Below, piece after piece: positions 12,801-25,922 of a DNA stretch of 64,000 nt; the stretch's first letter is position 1, and every line of letters begins with the position of its first letter. This DNA is from Utricularia gibba (lineage: Eukaryota; Plantae; Magnoliophyta). The notes under the pieces are model-generated. The model did no database searches. It was not told the DNA's origin and saw nothing but the letters and a program-made list of their open reading frames with translations. A program made the position numbers and the translations under genes. The stretch is from contig CM007992.1 in the NCBI GenBank assembly GCA_002189035.1, positions 2,170,001-2,234,000 of the forward strand, written 5' to 3'.

Positions 12801-13183
12801 AAAAATGAGAGCAAATGGGAGAAATTGAAAAAGAAATAATAAATATTTTTTATATGATTTGATGAATAATAATTTATGAACTTCTCATCTGTTTACTTAC
12901 GGCAAAAACCTTGACCATCATATTTAGTTTATAATATGTATCTGACAAACTATGCGTTTGAATTACGTTAAACTTTATTTTATTTTATAATTATTTAAAA
13001 GTTGTTAATAATTTTATTAATAAATTAGTTCTATTTCTTACTACTTTTTAACTTATAATTGCCAATCTTTTATGGTTCCATGCTTCTTACTTTATGATTT
13101 GGAGCTCCTGCTTCGGAGTACTCATACAATGTCAATCTACCACGAAGCCATGGCAACACTCCTCCCTGAATGCAACATGACTC

Positions 13184-16100
13184 TAAACAAAATGTAAATC
13201 GCAGTGAGAGGTTCTACCACCTCAAAATACTAAAAGTAACAGTTATTCCGGAAGAAATGGATTACACACTTCTAATGTAACAGTGAGTCATTTATTTTTA
13301 CTCAATGGAAGAAAGCAAAAGCAGAACGTAACTAACGAACAAAACGGGAATGTGTGGAGAAGATTTGTTGTGGGACGTGTGATCTGCACCGGAGGTCAGC
13401 TCCCAACAATGCTTAATTGTCAGTTGTCTTCACCCCCTCATCAAGCTTGGGCTCCTAAGAACGTAAGCCAAGCTTGCAAACGATGGAGCGAAACGGCAGC
13501 ATGTCAAGAGATTTAGTGCAGGTATCAGCAAGCTGCATCTGAGAAGGCACAAAAGAAGGTGTTAAGAAGCATGATTTATAGTGATCTCTAACCATATGAC
13601 AATCAATGTCAGTGTGTTTGATACACTCATGGAAAATGGGATTGGCTGTGATGAAAGTAACCGATTGGCTGTCACACCACACAAGAATAGGAAGATGCAG
13701 GGACTGATCCAAATCACAAAAGACATAGGAAATCCATAAAAGCTCCACCGTGGTTGCTGCTATGCTACGGCATTCAGCCTCTGCTATGAACGAGAAACGG
13801 TATGCTGCTTTTTAGTTTTCCAGGATATCAGACAACCTCCAAGAAAAACACAATAGCCAATGACAGATTGATGTGTAGGATGATAGGCACCCCAATTGAG
13901 AAAAGCATGGAAATACTAATCGACCCCATCTTTAGATACAAGCAATAAGGTCCACGTTGCTCTAGATAAATCATCAACTATAGTAAGGAAATAGTGATTG
14001 CCAATGATGGTTGCACATTTTTAAGGATCCCATGAATCACAGTGGAGCAAAAAGAGTGTATGAGGTGCTCTAGAGACATTCAGCTGAAAGGGAAGTCTAT
14101 AAAATTTGGCAAACTGGCATATGTCACACAATGCTCAATTTAGACCACATAAAATAGACATGCTTTGCTTTAGATTTGGAGATATGGCCAGGTCGATAAT
14201 GCCATAACAAATTATCATGTGTGTTAAGGAAATGATCAGCAGAAAAACGCATTTTAGGTAGCAAAATATTCATCAATTTATTCTTGATCATCTCTACCCC
14301 TCCTAGTGTTGTAGAAAATGTGACAAGCAGAGTCGGTAAAAAAGATTGCTTGTCAAGCATATACATTCTATCCTTCACCCTATCAATATTAACTATCTTA
14401 TTTGTACCTGATCCTACAACAAGCAATAATGGCTAAAAATGTAATATTGATGCGACCATCTTTTCCTGATTTCTTCATATTTGAAATAAGGGATTAAAAA
14501 AATATTATGTAATGTCAAAGTATCTGCCAAAGTTAAATTTCTAACACTCGCAACAACCATAAATTCACCATTTGGTAGATTAACTCAAACCCTAGCAATT
14601 GGTCTTAACGAATTGAAGAATACACTTGAATATCCAATGTGTGTTATGGCACCAGAATCTACTATCCACTCTCATGAATTGCACACAAAATCCCTACAAA
14701 CATCACTTGCCAAGCATTGTTCAATAGATGGCATACATGCTAATGTTGAGCCAAAACGAGTCATATTTGTGGTGTTTTAAGTGTTAGAATAAGGAATTAG
14801 GTGAGGTAAAATAGGTAAAAATATCAAAATTAGTGTTAGTAAATTTTGTGTGTATAAAAAATGTTTTAGTCTTATTTCACCTTGATTTGCTTGTTGGGGT
14901 GAACTTATTGTTCATCCAGATCTAGGAACGGCTAGTCCATTTGGATTGGATTGTGTATTCTGACCACTCTGCAGTATTTATTACTCCACAGGTAAAATGG
15001 GAATTACGGGTCTGCATGCACAAGGCGATAAAATACTCCGCGGGAAATAGGGAATAAGAAAAACCTAAGCCTCCTCAAGTCATGCAATAGGGACAGGCAT
15101 GATTGCGTGAAGAGATAAAGAAGATTTCAGACATTGTGAGAGGTGTTTCTGGTGAGTTTGAACTAGTTTTAGGAAAGAAGATGAAGAAGAGATAATTACA
15201 ATGTGATAGTGGAACTCAACTCCAGTACTGAAACCCTATTGAATAGAGATCTGTTTGTGCGAACAAGACGACAGAAGCAGTTTCAGAGTGACATTGGAAC
15301 CACCTCTATCACTCAGAACAATAGTAGAACACTTGGAACCTTCTAGCCTGACAAGAAAAAGAAACGAACGTGTGTGAGAACGGATTTGGATAACCAAACG
15401 AACTTTATTTATTTTATGTCTTTTATTTTTGTATTTTTGCAACCTACTAGTTCACTTAAAATTTCATGTTGTATCATTCATCTCATTTGAGTGTTTTCAA
15501 CTTAGCATGTTTTTCTTCATCATGTTCTTTACTATTTTTATATGTGAATCGGAACAATAACTGGAGCATGTTCAGGTTATCTTTTAAGTATGATTAATTT
15601 TCGTATTAAGTGTAATGGTTACTTTTAAATTTCCAAAAATACTGATCTACTCATTTCGTGAATGTGATACTTACTTCCCAACAAAAACCTCCTATATAAT
15701 CTTGCTTACGCATAGGACTTACAATTGAAAATCATTTGCTCTTTGTGGATTAACCTGGACTTGCCACTCTTTTATTATTTTCTTCGTGAATATATTGTAG
15801 AATGTTTTCTCAGTTTTATAAATATCTTTTGATAGAAAAAATTTTTAAACATGTGATACTTTTAGAATTTTCCTTCTATCATCTCCAAACTCCATTCATA
15901 AAAAAATTATATTTTGTTGTAATGATGTTATCAACGAGAGTGTGCTTCCACTAAGTAACTTGTCCAACTCACGTTGAATAAGTTGTAGAGACTTTACATA
16001 TCCGGATGGATTATCTACACTGGTACCAAAGTTTAATGGTTCATCAAGTGATGTCTCCACAATATGCTGCTGGTTTGTAGTGTCCCTGTTGCATAAGTGG

Positions 16101-17348
16101 TTTGAGTCCTAGGATACTATGGTAATTGTTGAGCAACACAGACCTATTGATTGCTCCTTTGATATAGTTGTTTTGCACTCTTCTTTTGCCATCAACATGG
16201 TGATTCTTTGTTTGTTAAGCAGATATCCTGAATATGTCCAAACTTTTTACATATCACACAATATCAATTATTACGTTTATGTCTTGGAACTAAGTGAGAC
16301 ATGCTCTTATACTTATTTGGCTTTGTAAACATAGCAGAATCAGTATGGATGCTAACCCTCTCCAATTGGCGCTTGTTAATTTGCTACTCCACATTTAATA
16401 AAGTTGCATATGCTGTGGAGACAGTAATGGACTCATCCATATCTTGTATTTGGTTTCGAATACCATCATGCTTAGAGTCTAATCCAATCAAAAACTAAGT
16501 TAGCTTCATGACAGTAAAGAATCTATCCACACATACAGATGTACTACGTTGTTCGCGTCTGATGTCAAGGAATAATGTGTCAAAATCCTTCCACAATGCA
16601 TTTAGTTTTGTGTAATACTGAGCTATACTCATCTCACCTTGCTTCAGATTATACAGATCAAACTGAATCTGATAGAGCATATTGCTATTCATCTATCCAT
16701 AGTAAGGCTCTAGAGTTTTTCAAAGATTGTAAAAACTCTCACAACCAATAAAGCTAGACACCAGATCTTTGGAAATTGAGTTCAATAACCTCAATATAAC
16801 CATGAAATCATTGCGCAACCAAAGCCCATAACCAGGATCTGTCTGTAAAGATTTCTTGGCATCACCATATATAAGACCTAATTTTTTTTTCTCTCCTAAC
16901 ACCAAACGGACAGCATGTCGCCAAACAAATTAATTTCATGTAGTAAGAAAATCACTTAGGTGCAGAAGATTGGCTGTATTTGTCTTTGCACTAACAAAAA
17001 CCGGCCTTGTCACATATGTATTTGAAATGATCTCTTCCATCTCAATGCATGTAGACAAAATTGATGAGAATTGCAGTTCCTCCATGCTCACAACACCATA
17101 AACAAAATGTAAATCGCAATAAGAGGTTCTTCAACCTCAAAATACTAAAAGTAAAATAATTCCACGAAGAAATGAATCACACACTTTTAATGTAACAGTA
17201 AATCATATATTTATACTCATTGCAAGAAAGCAAAGGCAGAATGTAACTAACGAACAAAACGGAAAATGTGTGGAAAAGATTTGCTATGGCACGCGCGCCG
17301 TGCACTGGAGGCTAGCTCCCAAGGATGCTTAATTGCCAGTTGTCTTCT
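13184..17348 (-). mobile_element. Old Ty1/copia element with both LTRs (13184-13432 and 17099-17348)
   Basis: Two diverged direct repeats of about 250 bp. The polypurine tract GAGGGGG abuts 13432 and a degenerate PBS abuts 17099. Flanks are GACTC/GAGTC (4/5 TSD). Remnants of RNase H (CDSQS...KHTDIDCHMVRD), protease (EWIVDSGAITH) and gag are present. Confidence 0.85.
14744..15851 (+). mobile_element. Solo-LTR-like insertion inside the copia element
   Basis: Noncoding 1.1-kb block from TGTTGAGCC to TTTTAAACA that interrupts the copia between gag and protease. No clean TSD found. Confidence 0.55.
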
Positions 17349-18025
17349 GAGTCATATTAGGAGAGACAGTACCATGTAAGTTCATCGTCATTAAATCTTT
17401 TTGGATGAACTCATAGGCTTTTAATGGCTCTCTTCCTGGACTATCTTATTACAGTTGAGGAAGATGCATTCGACCAAATATTATATCCACTAATCGGTGG
17501 TTATCAATCTGAGGCATTCTCATCTCATCCATAAGAGACCTCCAGCTCATGGCATTTATCATGTTACACCCAAAACAGAAGCAACATTCTTTTCACATAC
17601 AATGCAGGATTGCCATTGAATACTTTTTTTTTAAATTAATCCACATTAATGTGTAATTTTGTTTTTGGATCCGCAAGGGCACTCTGTGTGGTCAATTGCA
17701 CGTGTGGATAAAAGTGCTGGTGTGATAGCTTACGTTTACGGCATAATATATTAATTAAATGGAGGATTATTGAGCCGTCATTTTAATTTTTTATGAGTAA
17801 AATTTATAAGGTATATAATATTTTTTAGTTTCTTGGTTTGGATGATCCCATCTGCACGTAAAACTGCCCCGATGCATAATTGAAGCTCAAGTCTTCGTCT
17901 TCACCAAATTCCTAACAACTCCACGAGAACTAATTTACCAGTTCAACAACAAACAACGCGGCGTCCCTCTGCAGCTTTCTTCCTTCTTAAACTCACTATT
18001 CTCTTCCCTTCTCCTCCCGACGAAC

Positions 18026-19359
18026 ATGGCCAAGTTTCTTAGCATACTCTCGGCTTTTACCCTCTTCATCAGCGCCGTGCACGGCCAATCCTGCGCTGGC
18101 TACGCATTTTCCGGCAACTCGTTTTTCCCTTCTTGCACTGATCTCCCTTTTTTGAACTCCTTCATCCACTGGAGCTACAACGAATCAACCAGCTCCGTTC
18201 GGATTGCATTCCGCCAACCCGCCGCTTCGGCCGATCGATGGGCGGCGTGGGCGGTGAACCCCACCGGGCTCGGAATGATCGGAGCGCAGGCGCTGGTGGC
18301 GTACCGTCAATCAAATGGCGCGATGACGGCGTACACGTCGCCGGTTACAGGGTACAGCACGGGATTGCAACAAGGGGCGTTGAGCTTCCCGGTGACGGAC
18401 TTGACGGCGAGTTTTGATCGGAATGAGATTATTATTTTCGCGACTCTGGGATTAGGTAACCTTGGATCGACGGTGAATCAGGTCTGGCAGGAGGGCCCTC
18501 TCTCCGGCGGAGTCCCGGCTAGGCACTCTGTCTCAGGTCCAAATATGCAGTCAATGGGTTCCCTAAATTTACTCTCCGGAACGACGGTGACTCCCAGCGG
18601 ATCAGGCGGAGGAGTTGTTGACGATAGACGGAGGCAAAGAAATGTGAGCAACCCCTTCCATTTTCAATATACAGGCTTTTTTAATATACTGACTTTATTT
18701 TCCAGATTCACGGAGTGTTGAACGCAGTAGGGTGGGGGACTCTGATCCCCATCGGAGCTATAATCGCAAGGTACCTCAAGGTGTTCGACTCCGCCACGCC
18801 GGCGTGGTTCTACAGCCACATCACGTGTCAGATCACCGGATACATAATCGGCGTCGCCGGATGGGCCACCGGACTCCACCTCGGTGCCCAGTCCCCTGGA
18901 ATAACCTTCTCTGCACATCGAGCAATCGGCATTGCCATATTTTGCCTCGCCACGCTTCAGGTACTCCTCTATCGTTTCCTGCCTCTGTTGCATCAAAAAG
19001 CAATTCTCTAATAACCCTTAAGTCTGAAGTAACTGCTTGTGGCACTTGGAATGCAGCTGTCTGCTCTGCTGCTGAGGCCAAAGAAGGATCACAAGTACAG
19101 AATCTACTGGAACGCGTTCCACCATTCTGTAGGGTACACCATCATACTCATCAGCATAATCAACATCTTCAAGGGCTTCAACATTCTGAATCCCGACCGC
19201 GCTTGGAGGAGAGCCTACATCGGAGTCGTCGTGGCGCTCGCCCTGATTGCGGTTATTCTGGAAGCATACACATGGATGGTGGTGATCGCGAGGAAGAAGA
19301 AGATGCAGGGGAACCAGCAGAAGAGTGGGAATGAAGAGATGGATTCATACAGAGTATAA
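18026..19359 (+). CDS. Cytochrome b561 and DOMON domain-containing protein (AIR12-like DOMON + b561); exons 18026-18643, 18706-18960, 19057-19359; 391 aa
   Basis: Signal peptide, DOMON domain ([22 protein letters not shown]...VNQVWQEGP...RH) and b561 His-ligand motifs [30 protein letters not shown]. Both GT-AG introns are phase 0 and the ORF is open throughout. Confidence 0.96.
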
Positions 19360-20599
19360 AAGCGACATCTCCTTGCTTTTTGTGTAGTTTGTACAAAGTA
19401 GAGGTGTTTTCCGTATATGCTGTACGCCTAGCTTATCTTCTTTATTGCTCTGTGTAACACGTTTTCTCCTGGGTTAGTAAGCCATTACCAATGGCAGTAG
19501 TGCCTTCTCGTCTTCGAAATTTCCCTCTGTTACCACAACTAAGGAAATAACCAGAGGAGCAAGGCAGCCCAAAGAGAGAGAACCCTACAAGACCCGAACG
19601 AATGGCAGGCCCAACAGGAAGTATCGAGAGGCTTTCACCACAAGACCAACGATGAAAGACCGACCACCCGATCAGGGCTCAGGGTAGCGTCATCTCCTGT
19701 GAGGCCCACAAGCCCTCAAGAATATTCCCGACGAGCTCGGACCAACGGCCTCCCACATGTGCCCAATGGGTTTTCTAATAGAAAACCAAATGCCCATAAA
19801 ACTTGATTCAATACATGGGGGCCATGAACATCATCCTCACCCTATGTAAACACTATACCTGGATTTGTTATACACATTTCATTTAGGTAATGAGGTAGGT
19901 TTGTTGTAGTTTGCACCCAAGTATGATATTGAAGTTCAGTAGCACATATCATGCAAGCCTATGCTTGCTATTTATTCATGTTATAACCTCATCTCTGCTT
20001 GATGATAGCTTAGACACCTTTCATGGTCACCTTTCCCTATAGATTAGGAATTAATCATAGAACAATGAATTTTAATGTCAAATTCCTATGGACATCTAAA
20101 TTCCTATGCGTTTAATGTCTGTGGCCCCATCATTTTTGTAATCTTCCATGTATTTATTTTGAGGTTGAGGAGCTACTTTGAAGTTAAATGTACAGGGGAA
20201 ATTGGAAGAATATACCTGTCAATAAATGAACTCCATTTGAGTTTTCTTTAGGTGATATTTAAACGCCTCATCCTTCAAACATGTTTGATCTATAAAATGG
20301 ATTCTCTTACTCAAATGCATTTCTTCCTAGGAATAGAAATCTAATGGTTTATGAGTATTGAAAGAATCAAGAAATACCTATGGTACATACTGAATTGGTG
20401 GGGTTATGATTTAAAGGAATATTCTCAATGCCAATCTCCTCAATAGCTTTTTCCAAATCCTTATGTGAGAGAATTTCATCATGATCCAATTTCAATGTGT
20501 TTGATACGTTGTTTGTAAATAGTAAGGTTTGGAATATGTTCACAATTTTGATTTAATTTTGCGTATGGTATGCTGTGACTGTACAATGTTTGTGGCATG

Positions 20600-20880
20600 T
20601 AGCTTGTAAAAAAAATCACGAATTTTGATATGAAATAAAAATGATTGTGAGTCGATCTTTAATGCTAGTTTGGAACAAGTGGACATATACATTTACTTTC
20701 TTTTTCTAAAGGAGTTGATCCTTAATGCCACTTTTGAAATGAGTGGGCATTTTCATTTGTTTTTTTAAAGGAGTCTAGTATTACTAGCAGTTCAAATCGA
20801 GACGAGAATTTCAGTTGTTTTCCTTTTTTTTTAAAGGACTTGATGCTTAATTCTAGTTTGCAATGAATATGATTCTTGGA
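20600..20880. repeat. Degenerate tandem repeat of about 62-70 bp, 3-4 copies
   Basis: Recurring T-run + TAAAGGA(G/C)TTGAT(C/G)CTTAAT core near 20700 and 20830, with weaker copies near 20625 and 20765. Confidence 0.5.
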
Positions 20881-21884
20881 AAAGGTTGAAATCATTGCAC
20901 ATATATGATGATGGTGTCGAGTGGTGGAAGTTTATGTAGAAGTTAGATGACTCAAGATAGTTGATCATTGGTAGTGAAGCGTGAGCTGTTAATATTGATA
21001 TTAGAAATATACAAAATAGACATCAAATTGTTAAAAATACAGATCGTGCATACCATTGTAGCTAATTGATGCTCCTAGATAATGATAATTATTCAAAATA
21101 TACAAATCCATCTCGAATTGTGAGTTTATGGGATTCAAAACATAACATAGTATATTTTGATATGAAATCTCAATGTAACTAATATTTCAAAAATCAATAT
21201 CATAGAAATTTGTACTTAGACGAATGAACTGAAAATCAACATTGAGAACAATCTCTTGATGGATAACATTCAACAACCTACTCGAATAAATTGTAGGTTT
21301 TATTAATAATCTTCTTTAGATCTTGATTGTATGAGATAACTCCATATGAATCTCTAAGGCCTTGCTTGGTTGATGTGTTTTAAGTATTAGTGGGTTTAAA
21401 TTATTTGGGTTTAGTTAAACCCAAATATGTGGGTATAAAAATACCCATACCCCCCCTTAAATATACATATACCCATATATGAAGGTATTATATGAGTATA
21501 ATGATTATTATATCCATATATAAGATATAATTATACCCACATACCAAACAATAGAAATTTATTAAATTTATCATAAATCAATCTTATATCCTCATATCAA
21601 AAAAGCCCTAAGAATATGACCACCGGCAAAAACTTCGATAGAAAGCAAAGACATTGTAGTTGCAAATGATGAAATGCAATTATCTAAGTGGGTGGTATAG
21701 GGTAAGATTGTAAATGGTTGTGTTGGTGAAAGTTTGGTGGGAGTGATTGAGTGGCTACCACTAAAATTGGTGAAAGTGTCCTTCAGCAAAACAGAGCATA
21801 GACGTGTTTGAGTGGTTTAGGATTTAAGGTTTTCTTTAGGGTTTTGGTTATTGGGAATAGGGTTTTTGATAAACGAAAATTCCC

Positions 21885-24100
21885 TAATATCATTGCAAAT
21901 AAAAATAGAAAATCCATATCAAATAAATTTATAATCTCTAATCTACACAAAATACAAATTTGGAAAACTTGTATAGTGGATATCGGGGTCGATCACGAAA
22001 AGCTTGTGCTTGCTAAGTGTTTTAGTATATGCATAATTTCGGATAATAGTAGGCCTTAGTCTAAGCTCGGACTAATAGTGGTAAACAAGTTTAGTAAACA
22101 AGGTAGGTAAGCAATATTAGGTCTTGATGCTAAGGTAATAGGTATTGGTTTTGACTGAGACTAATACGAAGATGCCTTAAGGATCTGTAGGTGGTGTTAT
22201 GCTAAGGTCCCTAACTTAATTTACTTTCTTCCTACACTCACAACTTCAAATAGCCTAAGTTCCAGGTTATTCACCATATTTTTGGCTAAGCTAGTCCTCA
22301 ATATCATAACCAATGTTGCAATTAGGTTTACCCGCATGCAAGGCATATAGAACTAGGTCTACCCGGTTATACCCTGAACTAACACCGACTGCTCACGTCT
22401 TAGTTTGTTGGTCTACCTCTAAACCAAGTATCTAAGTTGTGAAACTACTTGTTTCCCTCCTTAGGTCTACCCATGGTTTGTTAGAAACAAGAGTTAAGGA
22501 ATACACATAAATCTCATCATCCATTCTAAGCACACACCACACCACTTCTCCTTAAGGCATCCCTAAGACTATAGCCACTCATGCTTTGAAAATAAAACAC
22601 GATTTTATTCATATAAGTTGGCCAAAATGACAGAAACATTGTAAACAAATCAAACGCAGAAACTTGAAATGTTCAGAAAACAGAAAGTAAATAAAGATTA
22701 TTCTCCTGCCCGTTAGCTACTGTTCACAGCCCAAAACAGTAGTGCTGGACTAGACTCTGGTGCTACTCTTGGTGATGAAGGCCTTCCTTCCCCCTTCTGG
22801 TTTGTGTTTTTCCTGTTGGGGAAGAAGACCCCTTGTGCCCCCTGCTGTTCGCTTCAACTTCGCTCTCTCCTCCTTTTCAAAATAATTTTCCCTTTTGCTT
22901 CACTCCATTGCACTGTTCTTGACTGCCAGTACTGTTCTCGACCGCCAGCATTGTTCCCGGCCTGAACTTGAAGATTGCGGTGGCAGCAGAACAATGCTCT
23001 TTGTCCTTCTCCGGATTTTGCGCCCTTTTTCCCTTATTTCACATGCTTGCAAGTCTAATTTTCGGGTGATTTCCCTGCTGAACTTACTGAAACATTAGTA
23101 AAAAAAGTTGTGGACTAAATCAAAGGATTTAGTCCACTTTTCACATAATCACATGAGATTAACATAAACACCACTAAAACATGAAAAATCACATTTATCT
23201 AACCTAAACCATAATAAAATATAACCATTTTGCAATTTGAAATTTAGGAAAAATGTGTGTCATCACACTATGCTACAACGACACGAAACTTGTCCCCAAG
23301 TCCTAGCTAAGACTAACATGAAACTATTTTTGTCAGCGCCAAAGACAAACAGAAACAACTTTGATAAAATTTGGATGTATGAGCTATAGAAGTGCTGGTG
23401 TGCATGTCATGCATCACTCAAATGTGCATGCTTATATCCGGGTATAATGTCATGGCCTTTTCTATGACAGTGTTTGCCAAGCACTCATACCTTATATCCC
23501 CAGGCCTCCTTCCACTCCTCCGGATCAATCCGTCCCTTCTTACCCATTCACTATTTATTGAGTCTGCACATGCTTTTTTATTATGTGCTGCTTTTTAGGA
23601 CTTTGTTCCCAACATTTTTTTTCAGTACGGAGTTTCTTTTCTTCTTTTTTCTAAGCTGGCAACTTGTCCCAAGACGATTATCAAGTCCATCAACTCAATT
23701 GAAGCTAATCTAGATCACAATCCCTAGGTTCCTCTGTTCATGCGCATGCTCTCATAGAATAAAAGGTAAAAACATGCTCTCAGGTATATAAAAGGCATAG
23801 AAAGCTCTTACATACCATAAAACATCGACTCCAACCTGCAACCCTAAAAATCATCAAATTCAATTATCAGTCGACTTGCGAGGGCGTTAGTCCCTCAAAA
23901 CGCATGACATTTCTTATGTGCATTAACATCCCATCTAATACCAAATATGATAAGAGCATTCAGTACAGACTCACATATTCATTGTACTACACAATATCCA
24001 TGGAGGGATCATCTTTATAGGGCATCAATACCACACAAAATCCAGCTCTGCATGGTAAATTCACATCCAAAATAAAAAACCTATTCGCGAATGTTTTTCA
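21885..24100 (-). mobile_element. Athila-like element 3' end: LTR (21885-23265) plus 3' internal region
   Basis: On the minus strand the LTR starts TGATGACACACA at 23265 and is preceded by the CTTGGGGACAAG motif. It belongs to the same family as 10721-11780. There is no TSD, which fits a truncated element rather than a solo LTR. Right boundary approximate. Confidence 0.7.
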
Positions 24101-24317
24101 CAAATAAAATTAACATTCAGGATAACATGGTAGAGACTATAATATTTCTTTTTCAACTTATTATAAAGAATCATTTGCATTCAATACATGAGTGTTGTTT
24201 AAGCATAGTCCTTTGGCTAAATTAAAAAAAAAAGTTTAGATGCCATTTATGCATATATCATGACTGAAATCTAATGAATTTAAGTGTAAATGGTGATCAT
24301 CCATAAATAGTATTCAC

Positions 24318-24325
<8 letters not shown>

Positions 24326-24376
<51 letters not shown>
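24326..24376. repeat. (TA)n microsatellite, about 25 units
   Basis: Direct reading of the sequence. Confidence 0.97.
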
Positions 24377-24378
<2 letters not shown>

Positions 24379-25029
24379 GGGAATGTTTTTAGATATGCTA
24401 GTGTAGCTTATATATCTTTTAGAATTTTCTTTTTGTATATTTTTCTTTGATATATTGGCGCTGTTTATGCAGAGGTGATATTGATATATATATTTTTTGT
24501 TATAAAAAGTTACGTATATTTTTTGTTTGTGTATGATCCGAAAAATATATGGATGCCATTGATTTAACACATTTTATTAGTGTTTTTATGTAATAAAATT
24601 AAGATATTTAACGGTCAAATTAGGTATTTCAATTATGATAATTAATATTATTTTAAATTTTAGTATTATTTGTATTTTATATATAACATGGTGTAAATTG
24701 ATGATTTAGTCCATATTATGATATTTAATATTTTTCTAATTGTTAGTAGCGACGTTATTAGCTAGGCTGAGTGCACAAACTTGATGGGGTGCAATATTCA
24801 AAGAGGGGGATGGAGACCAATAGGATCAAGTAGATGTAGGAAACTTAGTAAAATTAGAAATGAAAAATCATAGAGGTTAGTTTGGGTAAAACTAGACAAT
24901 CTTGAGTTTGTTAACATTTTTTAGTTCTAAGATCAAAAGTCAGATTAGTACACTTACCAAATATCCCTGAAGCACCCATGTTGATCAAAAGTAACTTGTA
25001 TAATGCCTATATATGGTTAATGCTCAGAT

Positions 25030-25245
25030 AAGGAATCCCAAGAGTCTATGTTGATTAGGCTAACACATTTTTCCCATCTTTTCCATATGTTCCCAAAAGG
25101 TCATCGATCTTCAAATTACACTAAGCCACGTAGACTTTACTTTAGAGTTTCTACCAAAGATCTTCTTCCATGCTCGAGAGAAAAGATTTTTTGCGAGATT
25201 TGCATGATTATTGTACCTAATCTCACTAGATGCGGGAGTCAATGA
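25030..25245 (-). mobile_element. 5S-rRNA-like fragment, probably a decayed Cassandra TRIM LTR
   Basis: 25090-25149 aligns without gaps (about 39/60) to the 3' half of plant 5S rRNA as I recall it: minus strand AACTCTAAAGTAAAG...GATCGATGACCTTTTGGGAA versus 5S AACTCCGCAGTTAAG...GATGGGTGACCTCCTGGGAA. Confidence 0.5.
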
Positions 25246-25922
25246 TAAGGTTTTTTTTAAAAAAAATAGGGTTTATGATAATCAATTTATCATTATAAAA
25301 AAACAATGAAAATTTTGTATACCAAATTGTTTATTGAAAAAATTTGGACTAAAATTTTAACTTTGGAAAAAGTAGAGATCAATTTCACTTATTTTTGTAG
25401 AAATTAATTATATATGTGTTTTAAATTAGAGAAGAATAGTTATATTTTCTTGATCAGTATCCCATAAAATAAATAATCCGTTATTTGCATAATTTTCTAA
25501 TTTTCTTTTATACAAATTATGTGAATTAATAATTATATTCTTCAACTCCTCCCTAGGCAATGATGGCCGTGGTGTTGGAAAGTAGGTGATGGTTTTTCAT
25601 CATCTAAGATGAATTTTTTCACGAGAATTGAATGAACCAATGTAATTGATGACTAAAAAATATCATAGTATTAAAAACAGTGTTATAGACTTGAACTATA
25701 TAGAAATTAAAGGAAAGAAATTTCCCTCAAATAGTTTCCTCCGAAATGGAAAATGTGGGTCCACATTAAAATCCTCCAAAATGTACTACTCCATATCCGA
25801 GTCTCCCAAAAATAGGTTTGTTCTTGTGAATTTTGAGGATAAATTTATTATTGAATACATTTGTGGTATAGTTATGATATATTGGAATATCAACATATTT
25901 ATAAGATCAACTAGTTAGTAGT

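Noticed and set aside
18664-19334. Alternative-frame and antisense ORFs over the DOMON-b561 gene
   Set aside because: They are explained by high GC3 in the real exons.
21420-21550. Tourist-like MITE with ATGTGGGTATAA / TTATACCCACAT inverted motif
   Set aside because: The inverted motif is real, but the termini and TSD could not be defined.
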